A DNA stretch of 59,536 nucleotides, the filler included, from Stramenopiles sp. TOSAG23-2 (Eukaryota): NCBI GenBank assembly GCA_900128395.1. It is 4 parts of 4 records of this genome, joined end to end, with 100 filler letters (N's around TTAATTAATTAA, not from the genome) between each part and the next. Parts side by side here need not be neighbours in the genome. Positions count along the whole stretch, not along the records: positions 1 to 14,828 come from LT649742.1; 3 more parts are not named here. One strand, written 5' to 3'. The notes under the pieces were generated by a model. The model had not been told where the DNA came from and did no database searches. It worked only from the letters and a program-made list of their open reading frames with translations. Made by a program: the position numbers and the translations under genes. Every line of letters begins with the position of its first letter. Position 1 is the first letter of the stretch. This document shows positions 1 to 10,382 of the stretch, in pieces.

Positions 1-2
1 TG

Positions 3-2253
3 AAAGATTTTGCCAATGCAGAAAAATTAGGGTGGCAATCACGCAGTGTTCGTGAATTAAATGGCATTAAAAAACCTCCATCGGGTGCAATGGAATTTTT
101 AAGATTGATGAAAGAAACACGTGAAACAAAGAAAGTGTTAGCCCAATTATATCCTAGACAAGCAGCTAAACGTATGCAGCAAGCAGCTACGATCGCAAAA
201 GCGGAATTGGAATTTGTGAAATATGTACACGGTGTTGAAAGTGAAGAATATTTAAATATGCTAATTGAAGCGGGCAAATTGCTTTTACAATTACAACCAC
301 AGACAAAAAAAAATTACGGAAATGTCGTTGAAGTTTTTAAAAGAAGCTACTGAACATGCATTGTTTGAAGAGAAGAAATCTGCAGAACAAAAATCTCAAT
401 TAATCATACTTGTTGCAATGTCATCAATTTTGAGTGGAAAAGTTGATGAATCGCTTACATATATTTTTAAAGGCATTGATTCATACAAAGAAGTTTTAGA
501 AAATACTGGTAATGCGGATGACGAGGAGGGAACAAAAGAGCAAAAAGCAGGATCTACGGAAATTAAAAAATCAGCAGAATCAAACTTTAAATTAGCCCAG
601 CGAAAAAATGTCAAAGATATGCAACAAGATCGACGCTATAAATTTCAACAGAATTTCACTTTTTTTATATTAACTTTAATTTCATCTGATAAAGCAGAAG
701 ATGCATTGAAAGTGATTGAAGGGGTAATGCGATTTCCACCATTAAGTGGTAAATATGCATTGAATAAAGTTTATGTTGATGACAAACTATTGCTTCAACA
801 ACTATATACATATTGTAAAGCAATTGCTGAGGATAGTGATACTAATAAATCTCTAGATGAACGTGCAAATGTAGGTGGAATGGCGTTGAAAAAGCTATGT
901 CCAAATGGTGGTATAACAATTCCAACTATGAAAAGTAGACGATTTAAAAAGCAAGAACCTGCAAATTTAACGATGTATCCAGAGGTTTATGACACTCTCC
1001 GATTTAAAAGCAATCGTTTGTTACAAATGGTTGAAAGTTTATATATACAAGCTACTAATAAATATAATCGCAATGAATACTTATTAAGCACAAATGTATG
1101 TAGAATTATGTTTCAACTTTGTAAAAATGGATGTGCAAATAATGAAAAAACAATGAAAGCTGTGCTTGCTGGTTTGAGAGACATTATGTCTAAAAGTGCT
1201 GTTGCAATGGTGGGAGAAAAAGAAGCAGAGGAAGTAATTGAGAAAGCTTGCATAGAAACAAAAGCTGCGCTTGAAATTCAAGGCGATATTGATGAAAAAG
1301 ATTCGCTTACAATTAGAAGCAGAAAATTAACGAAAATGTTACATTTTAATAATGATTTGAAAGTTCTCTATGCTTCAACTGGTAAAATCGAATTAGCATC
1401 CCACGCTTTTATTAAAAGTTCAGAAGCAATGATGAAAATACGGGTAGAAAGTGCGAAGATATTAAAGGAAGCCAAGGAAAAAAAATCGCCATCTGTAAAG
1501 AAATTGCAGAGTTCACAAATACTGTTGAAAACTGTAAAAGATCATGCAGTAAAAACTCTTCTTCACATCTTTGTATGGAATGAAAATTTAACGGAACAAG
1601 ATGTTCATGATATGTATAAAATAGTTGAGGAAGCAAAGAAACATATGCAAGTATTTTTAGATGAAATTGATGAAGCTGATGAAAATTATGAATCAAAAAA
1701 GAAGGTGGTTCAACAAGAAATTGAAGATGCCAAAACCAGTTTGACATTTGTATACGAGTTTGGTTGTGTGAATAATTGTGCGGAAATCGCTACTAATAAT
1801 CTAGAAATGATAGAGCATGTTGAAGCATCCAATCATTCTAAGTGTGTAACTACATCAAAAGATCCGACGTCAAAAGTCGTATGGTCAACTATTGCAAGTT
1901 CATCTGAATATACAAAATATCAAAAACATGATGCTGCTTTACGATATTTAACATTTGCATTAAAAATAGCATTTCATTTATATGAAAAAACAAGAAAATC
2001 AATTTATTCCCAAATATTGAAGTTTTGGGTAACAACACTTTTCCAAGCATCAAACAGTAGATTAAAAGAATGTGGTGTAACCATAGAGATTGGTAACAAA
2101 GTCGCAAAAATTCTCCAAGAAAATCAGTTGGCAACAGCAAAAACAATTAATGAGGTGATTACATTGATACAAAAAAATTGTAGTAATACAGAAGATAATG
2201 AGCAACCTGCGGAGGAAGAGAAAAAGAGTATGCATACCATACAGAGTGAATAA
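3..2253 (+). CDS. Large alpha-helical (TPR/kinesin-light-chain-like) protein; 5'-truncated at contig start, +1 frameshift near 333-343
   Basis: Frame of ORF 90..353 is open from position 3 (KDFANAEKLGWQSRSVRE...VHGVESEEYLNMLIEAG, TPR-like). It switches to the 265..2253 frame at gaagtttttaaaagaagct; removing one base gives ...VEVFKEATEH... Confidence 0.6.
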
Positions 2254-2727
2254 AAAGAAAAAGGGGCTAAATATATTTAATTTAAGTTTACGCATTAAGT
2301 TATTTTTTAATTTAACTCAAATAATAATTCCTACTCTCTTCAAAAGAATACAATAATTGAAAAATAATCTATCTCACACTACCACTGGTGGTAGTGTGTG
2401 TTGATATTCCCATAGTAGAGAATACCAATGAATGGTATCAACTACTCGTAGCAGTTGATGAAAAACGAACATCATAGGAAGGCGGAGAATAAATAGTACC
2501 TCTCTATATATATATAAACTACTCGATACTAAATTGATATTCGTATTTTTTAAATTTTACGGCGTATTAAATATTAACGTGGAGCAAACACACGAAGATA
2601 CCGTGCCGTGGGACATGTTCATTCTTTCTTCTTTTTTTTACGAAAAATAATCTCTCTCTCGCTTTTATGAGACACCTGTACACCGTATATTATTTAAAAT
2701 ATATACATATATATATATATATAATAT

Positions 2728-4206
2728 TTACGCCAAGCTATATTTCACTGAGCGTACTAAATCCGATACAATACGTTTAACATCTTTTGGATTATTCCTA
2801 AATTGACAATTGTTTGCACATGAATCCCATATTGGCTTACCAGATTCTAATGCACCCATAGAATCAGCACAAGAGCACAAAGGTGGAACTTCCATATTTT
2901 TTTCTTTTAATTGATATAATAAACGTTGTCTTAATGCCGTGATATATCTAGTAGCAGTTTCGCGCTGACGTTGTGCTTTTAATGCTTGTGATTTACGTGC
3001 TGATTCAAGAGATTCTGATTGTGTTTTCTCCAACTCTGCCGCTACACTACGTTCATGTTCATTTACCGTACGCATTTCTGCAATTTTTTCCTCATGCGCT
3101 TTTCTTTGTGCCTCGATTTGTTTTTCTTTTTTTGCCCTTCTCTCTTTCATTTTTTTCAATTCCATAGTACGCCTAGCACTTTCACGTTGTGCTTTCATCT
3201 CTGCTTTTCGTACTTTGTATACAAGATTTTGTGCAGATGCACGGTCAACATTATGGGTGTCGAAGCCTTCTGTTTTAGCAGTGGCAAACGATATATTTGG
3301 TCTCCATTTGCCACCATTCCCAGGGACATAATCGTCCCCATTATTTTCAATATTGAAATCTTTATCTACCTGTCTACTAGAGTCGTTGTTCTCATCCATG
3401 CTATCATCCATTGGGCTTTCATTTTCACCAACAACAGTGGCATCCTTATTATTAATCGCTGCACCCATTGAAAATGCTGGAACGTTTAAATGAGGCTGTA
3501 CTGCTTGTTTCATGGCCAACTTGCCTTGTTTTGAATGCGCAAATAATGCTAAGCGTGCAGCTTGTGTATTTGCAGTGACATTAACAATATGTTCGTCTAA
3601 CGTAAGTTTGGTAGATTTTTTCAACGATGGTGTCTTTGAATATGTTACCATACTTCTGTTGGTTTTCAAGGTGTTTTTTACACCTTGAGCTACTCTTCTA
3701 GCACTGCTTTCAGCTTTGTTCTCCAAATTTACCCATGCTTGTCGTTGTTTCATAGCAGTTTGTTTCTCTTTTTTCACTCGATTCGATACACGCGCCTTGA
3801 TACGTTTTTGAAACGCTGCTAACTTTGCTTGTTTTTCCTGTAACCTTGTTGATGCCATACGACTATGATGCCGTGCATTTTGAACTGCAGATTTCATTGG
3901 CGGCTCTGGAAAAAAATTATTTTCAAAGTTATTGTTGTTTGATGAAGCAGGTTTTTGTTCAACTACTCTTTTTCTCATTTTTTGCGCTTTTGGTGATGGG
4001 CTGGCAACAGCTTGTGTAGAGTATTGGCTTAACGGCGCGTTATGTAAATGTTGAAAGTTCTTTATCGAGCCTAAAGGCAATGATACTTGAACTCCAGCAG
4101 GTGTTTGACGTTTGCTAGGTGAAGCTTTCACTGCTTTTGGTGATGGTGGCGGTTGCTTCATTTTTCGTCTACTATTAGATCCTTTTACTCTTCGTTTGAG
4201 ACGCAT
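2728..4206 (-). CDS. CCDC15: CCDC15-like coiled-coil centriolar protein
   Basis: C-terminal RYITALR..PPLCSC..DSCANNCQF motif and upstream KLAAFQKRIKARV helix match the conserved CCDC15 blocks. First in-frame ATG is 4206. Confidence 0.7.
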   Translation of the reverse strand: MRLKRRVKGSNSRRKMKQPPPSPKAVKASPSKRQTPAGVQVSLPLGSIKNFQHLHNAPLSQYSTQAVASPSPKAQKMRKRVVEQKPASSNNNNFENNFFPEPPMKSAVQNARHHSRMASTRLQEKQAKLAAFQKRIKARVSNRVKKEKQTAMKQRQAWVNLENKAESSARRVAQGVKNTLKTNRSMVTYSKTPSLKKSTKLTLDEHIVNVTANTQAARLALFAHSKQGKLAMKQAVQPHLNVPAFSMGAAINNKDATVVGENESPMDDSMDENNDSSRQVDKDFNIENNGDDYVPGNGGKWRPNISFATAKTEGFDTHNVDRASAQNLVYKVRKAEMKAQRESARRTMELKKMKERRAKKEKQIEAQRKAHEEKIAEMRTVNEHERSVAAELEKTQSESLESARKSQALKAQRQRETATRYITALRQRLLYQLKEKNMEVPPLCSCADSMGALESGKPIWDSCANNCQFRNNPKDVKRIVSDLVRSVKYSLA

Positions 4207-4748
4207 CTTATTTTGTTGTGTTTCTTGCTTCTTCTTCTTTTGGATGTAATCAAATAAAATATTGTATTTCGATAGCTTGTTGTTGTTTAATAAAATCTTG
4301 ATTGTGTTTGGGTTGTTTGTGGTGTGGTTGTTTCTCATTTTATATTATCACATTATTGTATAATAAGTATTAATAATCTTTTTGTGATTTATACAAACAA
4401 ATCAATAATAAATCATCCCGTCAACGTAATGCTATTTATATGCTATCCAGTTTATAATTTAGCAGCAGTTATAAATGTGCAAAATCAACATTTTAATTTG
4501 AATTTCTTCCGATGATTTCAATGTAAAATCTAAATCTAGTAAATGAGATGATGGGATTTTCGGAATTTTAATTGTAATATGTATATATAGGAGGATGTGG
4601 TCCGGATAGTATATGCTACAGTATACTATATATAGCTGGATATCAGCACACATCGAGACAAATTAAAATGAGACAAATAATAATTTAAATTTATTATTAT
4701 ATAGCTTATTAGCTTATTAGTAGATGTAGAAGAAGATAAGACGGAAAA

Positions 4749-5795
4749 ATGGTATATGAAACTATGTCAAAAGTAAAGACACATATATATGATTCAAAAC
4801 AGATAATAACAACGACCACAACAAGCATGAGCTGGTCCATACCTAAAATATTATTACAATTAACCATCCCATGTTGGTGCATACTTGTACCCTTAGGTTT
4901 ATTAATTCATTGGTTATGTTTACCATACATTATATTTCGAAAACTATTTAGTGCAAAAAAGACGGAACAAACATATGATGTAAAAGTATATCAAAAAGGT
5001 CGTAGAGGGGACAAAGTAAAGACGCTAGTGTTTATTCATGGATGGCCTGATAGTGGTGCTTTGTGGAATAATATTGTGGATGAATTACAGACTGGATATA
5101 GATGTATCGTAGTAAGTTTGCCAGGTCATGCACGTCCATTGGAAGGTCTAGATGGTTGGGGATATGATTTTGAGGATGTTAGAGATTTAATACTTGATTC
5201 AATAAATTCAAAAACTACACAAGATGAAAAGATAACATTAGTAGCCCATGATTGGGGATGTGCATTTGCTTATATGGTGCAAAAAGCAATACCAAACAAA
5301 GTTGAACGCATGGTAGCTTTAGATATTGGAAGTGGTGGATTTGAACAAAGTATTGGTATGTATATCTTCGTAGCATCCTATCAATTATTTAATATCTTTT
5401 GTTTTCTACTTGGACATCCTGTAGGAGATTGGTTATTACGTGTCGGTGTCAGTCAAGGATATAAAGCTCGACCAAATAAAGAATTATATGCATCAATGAA
5501 TTATATGTATTATTATTTATGGAAACGTCTTCTTACATCTGGAAACATAGATCCAAATAAAAGTCTTCGAAATTTATTTGCGCATTACAAATCAATTGAT
5601 GTTGATGTATGCCCGGTATATTTTGCATATGGTAAAGACAAACCTGGGATGTTCCATTCTGAAAAATTTATTGAATATATAAGTAAAAATAAATTATCCA
5701 AAGTAGAGGAATTTGAATGTGATCATTGGATAACCGTAAACAAAGGGAAAGAAGTTTTAAAATCCATTAAATTTTTTTTAAGAAGTACAGATTAA
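4749..5795 (+). CDS. Alpha/beta hydrolase, epoxide hydrolase-like, N-terminal membrane anchor
   Basis: HGWP oxyanion motif, AHDWG nucleophile elbow (Asp), C-terminal DHW His; hydrophobic N-terminal segment. Confidence 0.9.
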   Translation: MVYETMSKVKTHIYDSKQIITTTTTSMSWSIPKILLQLTIPCWCILVPLGLLIHWLCLPYIIFRKLFSAKKTEQTYDVKVYQKGRRGDKVKTLVFIHGWPDSGALWNNIVDELQTGYRCIVVSLPGHARPLEGLDGWGYDFEDVRDLILDSINSKTTQDEKITLVAHDWGCAFAYMVQKAIPNKVERMVALDIGSGGFEQSIGMYIFVASYQLFNIFCFLLGHPVGDWLLRVGVSQGYKARPNKELYASMNYMYYYLWKRLLTSGNIDPNKSLRNLFAHYKSIDVDVCPVYFAYGKDKPGMFHSEKFIEYISKNKLSKVEEFECDHWITVNKGKEVLKSIKFFLRSTD

Positions 5796-5846
5796 ATAAA
5801 GGAACTATAATGTATAATATATATATATATACAAATTTTATTTTTT

Positions 5847-7036
5847 TTACAATTTAGACTTTTGATTTTTTTCAAAATCAAAAGATTCACGTTCTTTTAA
5901 AATAGAAAACGACGATGATGTCGCATTATTATCATTATTATTATTGTTTTTTGGATATAATATACCTACTGGGTTTTCAACTTTTTCAACAAATGATGAA
6001 TTTTTAAATGCGCCTTCGCCTTGCACTTGACCTAGTGTTCTCCATGGTCGAAAGCCGGATAGTTGAAGAAATTCAGGACTTGCCATTTCCCGTGCTTCTT
6101 TTGAACAGGATAAATATATATTTTCTTGTTGTCGTATCCAACCTCTGCAATAATAAAATAAAACACCACGCCTAGGATAATTCGTTTTATTTACACCTGT
6201 GCCATGTAACGTTCTTCCATCAAAAATTAGACAAGAACCTTTTGGTGCAGTTGCACTAATAGCACCAATTTGTTTATTTCCAATCATTTGATCTTTATCT
6301 TGAAAATTGTTGCCAATAGTTAGCATTTTATGTGATTTTGGAACTAAAATGGTCCCACCAGACTCTTGTTTAAAATCATCTAATAACCAAATTGTTTGAC
6401 AAACTAATGGGAAAGGTGGATACGGCATTGGAACGTAACCTTGATCTTGGTGCAGATACATAGCATTTCCCCCTTTCCCAGCAAAATTAGAATTAGCAGC
6501 TGATAATAAAAACCCTCTTCCAAGCATTTCTTGTAATAATGTCCATACTATTTTGCCATTTTTCGCAACCGTTTCATTACACGTAGCAAAATCTTGAAAT
6601 ATTTTACCTTTATTGTGTAACGCGAATATACGCTGATTTTTTTTACCTTTTCTACCAGGCCCATATTGAGAACCCTGTGGAGCGTAGCGTATGAATGAGT
6701 GATGTGTCAGAGCGTGTCTCCTTTTTTAGGTTTATGGTAATGAAATGTACTTACACCTTCTAAATATGCTACACCAGCTTCCTTTTCAGCATCAGCTTGT
6801 TCTTGTATTCGTTTTGTTAAATTATTTAATTGCGTAGCTGTCATAGCATTTTTTACGTAACAATATCCATATTCCTTTAAATCTGTTCGTAACTGGTCAA
6901 CATTTTCACTTGGCTTTGGTAATTGACAATGAAATATTTGTTCATATTCTTCGTTTGATAAAACTGGTAAATGGTCTAAACCAGTCTCTCTCAATAACTT
7001 CGCAGATGAGTTTATTTTTTTATCATAACCATACAT
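5847..7036 (-). CDS. PhyH-family Fe(II)/2-oxoglutarate dioxygenase, 2 exons (7036-6755, 6674-5847), 369 aa
   Basis: LKEYGYCYVKNAM, HQD, WLLDDF..SGGT.LVPKSH, HGTG.N..R motifs. Splicing GTAAGT...CAG joins both ORFs in frame (YLEG|GSQYG..NQRIFAL). Confidence 0.9.
6675..6754 (-). other. Spliceosomal intron, 80 nt, phase 0
   Basis: GTAAGT donor, CTGAC branch-like motif, CCACAG acceptor; removal restores the frame. Confidence 0.85.
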
Positions 7037-7399
7037 TTTTTTCTTGTTCTCAATATGTATATATGTTTGTTGTGCGTGCGCGTAATATTACATTTGTATA
7101 TCGATATATATATATGCTGGTATACTTATATATATGTGTGCACTATTAATAATATTTTGAGTTTTGAGTCTCGGCGGCTCGGCGGCGGTTAGCTTAAGCT
7201 GGTAATAGGAATATTAGTATACAAAAATACATACTTAATCTTTTTTTAATTAAAATAAGGAAATAGTAGTACAATATTAAATAATTTTTTTATATTATTT
7301 CAATAGCATTTAAATTTGATTGATAATTATAAAACACTTAAATAATAATATTAGCATCTGTGTAAAGCCAAATCCATCTTTATGTCATGTGCCAAAATA

Positions 7400-8458
7400 T
7401 CAATTGACGATCGTCTTCTTCATTTTGCCATCTTCCCCAGGTTCACCTTGATCTCCTTTCTCCCCCTTTTCACCTTCTTCACCTACAACATTTATACCAT
7501 CTGTACCATCTACTCCATGTAAAACGACAAATTTGATCCAATTAACATGATCTACATCTTGATATGGATACTTTTTCCCTGAGTTAAACGACTTCTTTGC
7601 GATAAACAAGGAGTCATGTCGTGAATTTCCGTTTGCTTTTGAAAAAACATATTCACCATTTCTAAAGTCTTTATCAAACTCAAATGTTTGATAGGTTAAT
7701 GATACACCTGGATCACCACGTGGTCCACGAGGACCTTGAAATGGAACCCCATCAATACCATTTATACCACGTTCTCCTTTTTCACCTTTCAAACCTTGAA
7801 TGCCTCGTAATCCACTAGTACCTTGTTTACCACGCGCACCTATATTTCCTTTTGGTCCTTTTAAACCTCGAATACCTGTCTGTCCCTTTTCTCCATGTTT
7901 ACCTTTTGTCGTTAAACCACGTATTCCAGTTGGTCCCTTTCGCCCGGGTATGCTCCTCAATTCATTTGCTGTTGATGTTACTTTTTTTTCAAAATAATTC
8001 ATATTTTTTTCATAATCTTCTAATATTTTCTCTGTTTTATCTAACTCACTAGCAAGCGTTGTAACGCCTGCTTCGTCTTGTAACCTAACCATATCTATAC
8101 TTCCTAAAGTATGTATTTCACTACAATAATTGTTTGGTCCTCTAATATGAATTGCAAAATGTTTTTGTTCATTATACAACGTAGCTTTGCAGCCTTTTGG
8201 TACTGAAATTGCTTGTGCACCTCTTGTAAGGGCAATCTCAACTCCACTCTTCTTTTCAATTTTACGAACCATATTCTCCTTACTAAAACTACAATCTCTA
8301 TATAACTGTGCTTTCCCAATACATAGTTCTTGTTGAATGTTCTTTTGAAACTCTGCAGGATTCAACTTAACTTGCTTAATATAATATGGGTCGTTAATAG
8401 CAGAACATATTGCTATTAAATAGCAGAACGCAAGCAAATCTAGACCGTTATTAAACAT
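7400..8458 (-). CDS. Secreted collagen-like protein (signal peptide, crystallin-like domain, coiled coil, Gly-X-Y, small CBM-like insert, Gly-X-Y)
   Basis: Hydrophobic N-terminus; about 26 + 10 Gly-X-Y triplets with short interruptions; ISVPKGCKATLY motif. Confidence 0.8.
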   Translation of the reverse strand: MFNNGLDLLAFCYLIAICSAINDPYYIKQVKLNPAEFQKNIQQELCIGKAQLYRDCSFSKENMVRKIEKKSGVEIALTRGAQAISVPKGCKATLYNEQKHFAIHIRGPNNYCSEIHTLGSIDMVRLQDEAGVTTLASELDKTEKILEDYEKNMNYFEKKVTSTANELRSIPGRKGPTGIRGLTTKGKHGEKGQTGIRGLKGPKGNIGARGKQGTSGLRGIQGLKGEKGERGINGIDGVPFQGPRGPRGDPGVSLTYQTFEFDKDFRNGEYVFSKANGNSRHDSLFIAKKSFNSGKKYPYQDVDHVNWIKFVVLHGVDGTDGINVVGEEGEKGEKGDQGEPGEDGKMKKTIVN

Positions 8459-8603
8459 CTTTGCAAGAAAATGCAATCATTATATACATATATATATACA
8501 GAGTATATATATATGTTATTGGTGTATAACTACTATACAAATTTCTATATTGTTGTATAAAACTGGCAATGAGAAAAAACTTATTTATTTTATTCGTCCC
8601 TCC

Positions 8604-8847
8604 TTTTTTTTTTCTGTCTTCTTCTCTTAGCCACAGCCTGTGGTCTTCTTTTCTCCAGCGTAAGTACAGCAGTGTATTATAAGTGGTAGTATTTATAGCT
8701 TACTAAAAAGGCTGGAACTCGCCTTTTTTCTGTCTTCTTCTCTTTTAGCCACACAGCCTGGTCTTCTTTTCTCCAGCGTAAGTACCTGGTACAGCAGTGT
8801 AAGTGGTAGTATTTATAGCTTATGCATACTAATTAAAAAGGCTGGAA
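8604..8847. repeat. Non-coding tandem duplication, 2 x ~120 bp
   Basis: ttctgtcttcttctc..ttctccagcgtaagtac..aagtggtagtatttatagctt..aaaaaggctggaac occurs twice, differing by small insertions. Confidence 0.9.
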
Positions 8848-8970
8848 CCCCCCTCCGATTTAACTTCCTAAATTTGTAAGTACAATATTAGTATACTACA
8901 ATGTAACAACTTGATAGGAAGAGGTCTAAAAATCTAAAATAAAAAAAATGTAAAAATTGATGGGGGGAAC
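8848..8970 (+). repeat. Dispersed repeat family A, internal copy
   Basis: cccccctccgattt..aagtacaatattagtatacta..taacaacttgatagga is shared with 39250-39325; cccccctccgattt also occurs at 29718. Confidence 0.8.
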
Positions 8971-9051
8971 AATACGCGTATACATGTTTATTTTCTTTTA
9001 ATATTGTACCATATATATGTATACCAGTAATACACTTCTGCTGGTATATGG

Positions 9052-9379
9052 TCAATAATTACTAATCTCCACATCCAATATATATTGTATGAAATGATCT
9101 AATTTTGCATGCATTGGCGATCTACTGGCAAAATTACGCCTTCGCTCATAACTTTGTGCAGCACCACCTAAGAAAAACTTTAACACATCTTTTTCATGTA
9201 CTTTTCCATCTTCACTATTGGACATGGCACCCATGAATAATTTAATTTCTTTTTCTGATGGTGGATCGGATCGTTCGCTTATGACATCGGCTATCATATC
9301 TCTCATTTCAGTTGCATCGATTGAACCATTTCCATCCGTATCGTATTTTTTAAACACAGATCTTACGATCTTTGAACAT
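9052..9379 (-). CDS. Small EF-hand calcium-binding protein; 5' end unresolved
   Basis: Canonical loop DTDGNGSIDATE plus a degenerate second EF hand. No in-frame ATG precedes the first EF-hand helix; ATG 9379 is 1 nt out of frame (missing exon, indel or pseudogene). Confidence 0.6.
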
Positions 9380-10382
9380 CACTAGATTGTATGTATTTCA
9401 CGAAAAGTATTTTGCTATTATTTTGTTTTAAATGTCTTTTACATCTGCACTGTATGTAGATACAGTATAGTACATATATGTACATTAATGTATATGCAAT
9501 ATATGTATATACAATATAAATACAATAACTCCATTAATAACTCTTCACAAAACGTCAAAAGCACAAAAACAAACACCAGATGAAACGGTGGTATGGTTGT
9601 ATAAATTTGATGGAATTTAAGGTATAATAAAATTCATGAAAATTGGATCGACTTGGCTAATTGGGATCAAAGGAGGAACTTTCTACTGTAGTATATTAAC
9701 AGAATGAGATTGTACGATTTGCACTTTCCGAATAACTTAAAACATATTATAACGCGTACAGAGTAAATGCGTGCTGTGTGTGTGTGTGTGTGTGGGTGGG
9801 TTTCATTAAAAAGATATATTGTTTTCTTTTACCGTACGAGAGATGTACTTCTTCTTTGTTGCGCCTATTAATTATATATATTTTATATATATGCATAATA
9901 TTTTTTTTAAAATTTTAGATTACACGCGTTGTATGATCTGTATGCATACATTTATTTTAAAAACAAATTTTTCAGATGTTATGCATTTACAGATATATAT
10001 ATGCATATTGGTTAAAATCTAAGTTATAATAATTTTACACTTCTCGTGTTAAAGCAATGTGCTCAATACGNNNNNNTTAAAATCTAAGTTATAATAATTT
10101 TACACTTCTCGTGTTAAAGTAATATGCTCAATACTCAATCGCAAGCATAATATGCTATCCTACTATAATAAAGCTCTCCTGACTCATGCGCCACCGCAAG
10201 CTAATACTCCATAAGCACAAGTAGGTCTGAATTCAGTATAACACGCTCGATGAAAGTGGTGTGAATAGTCCATAGGTTTTCCAAAGTTTGGTGGTTTTGA
10301 ATTCCCCAGGAGTATGCATAAAAAAGCATTTTTTACATCATACACACTCTTTAAAATTTATAAAGTCTCGCGCCGTTGCCTT

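Noticed and set aside
225..342. Intron to repair the first gene's frame
   Set aside because: No GTAAGT-like donor, and it would delete the TPR-like segment.
10012..10134. 58-bp direct repeat around a 6-N gap
   Set aside because: Typical unmerged scaffold overlap; two mismatches fit allelic variation.
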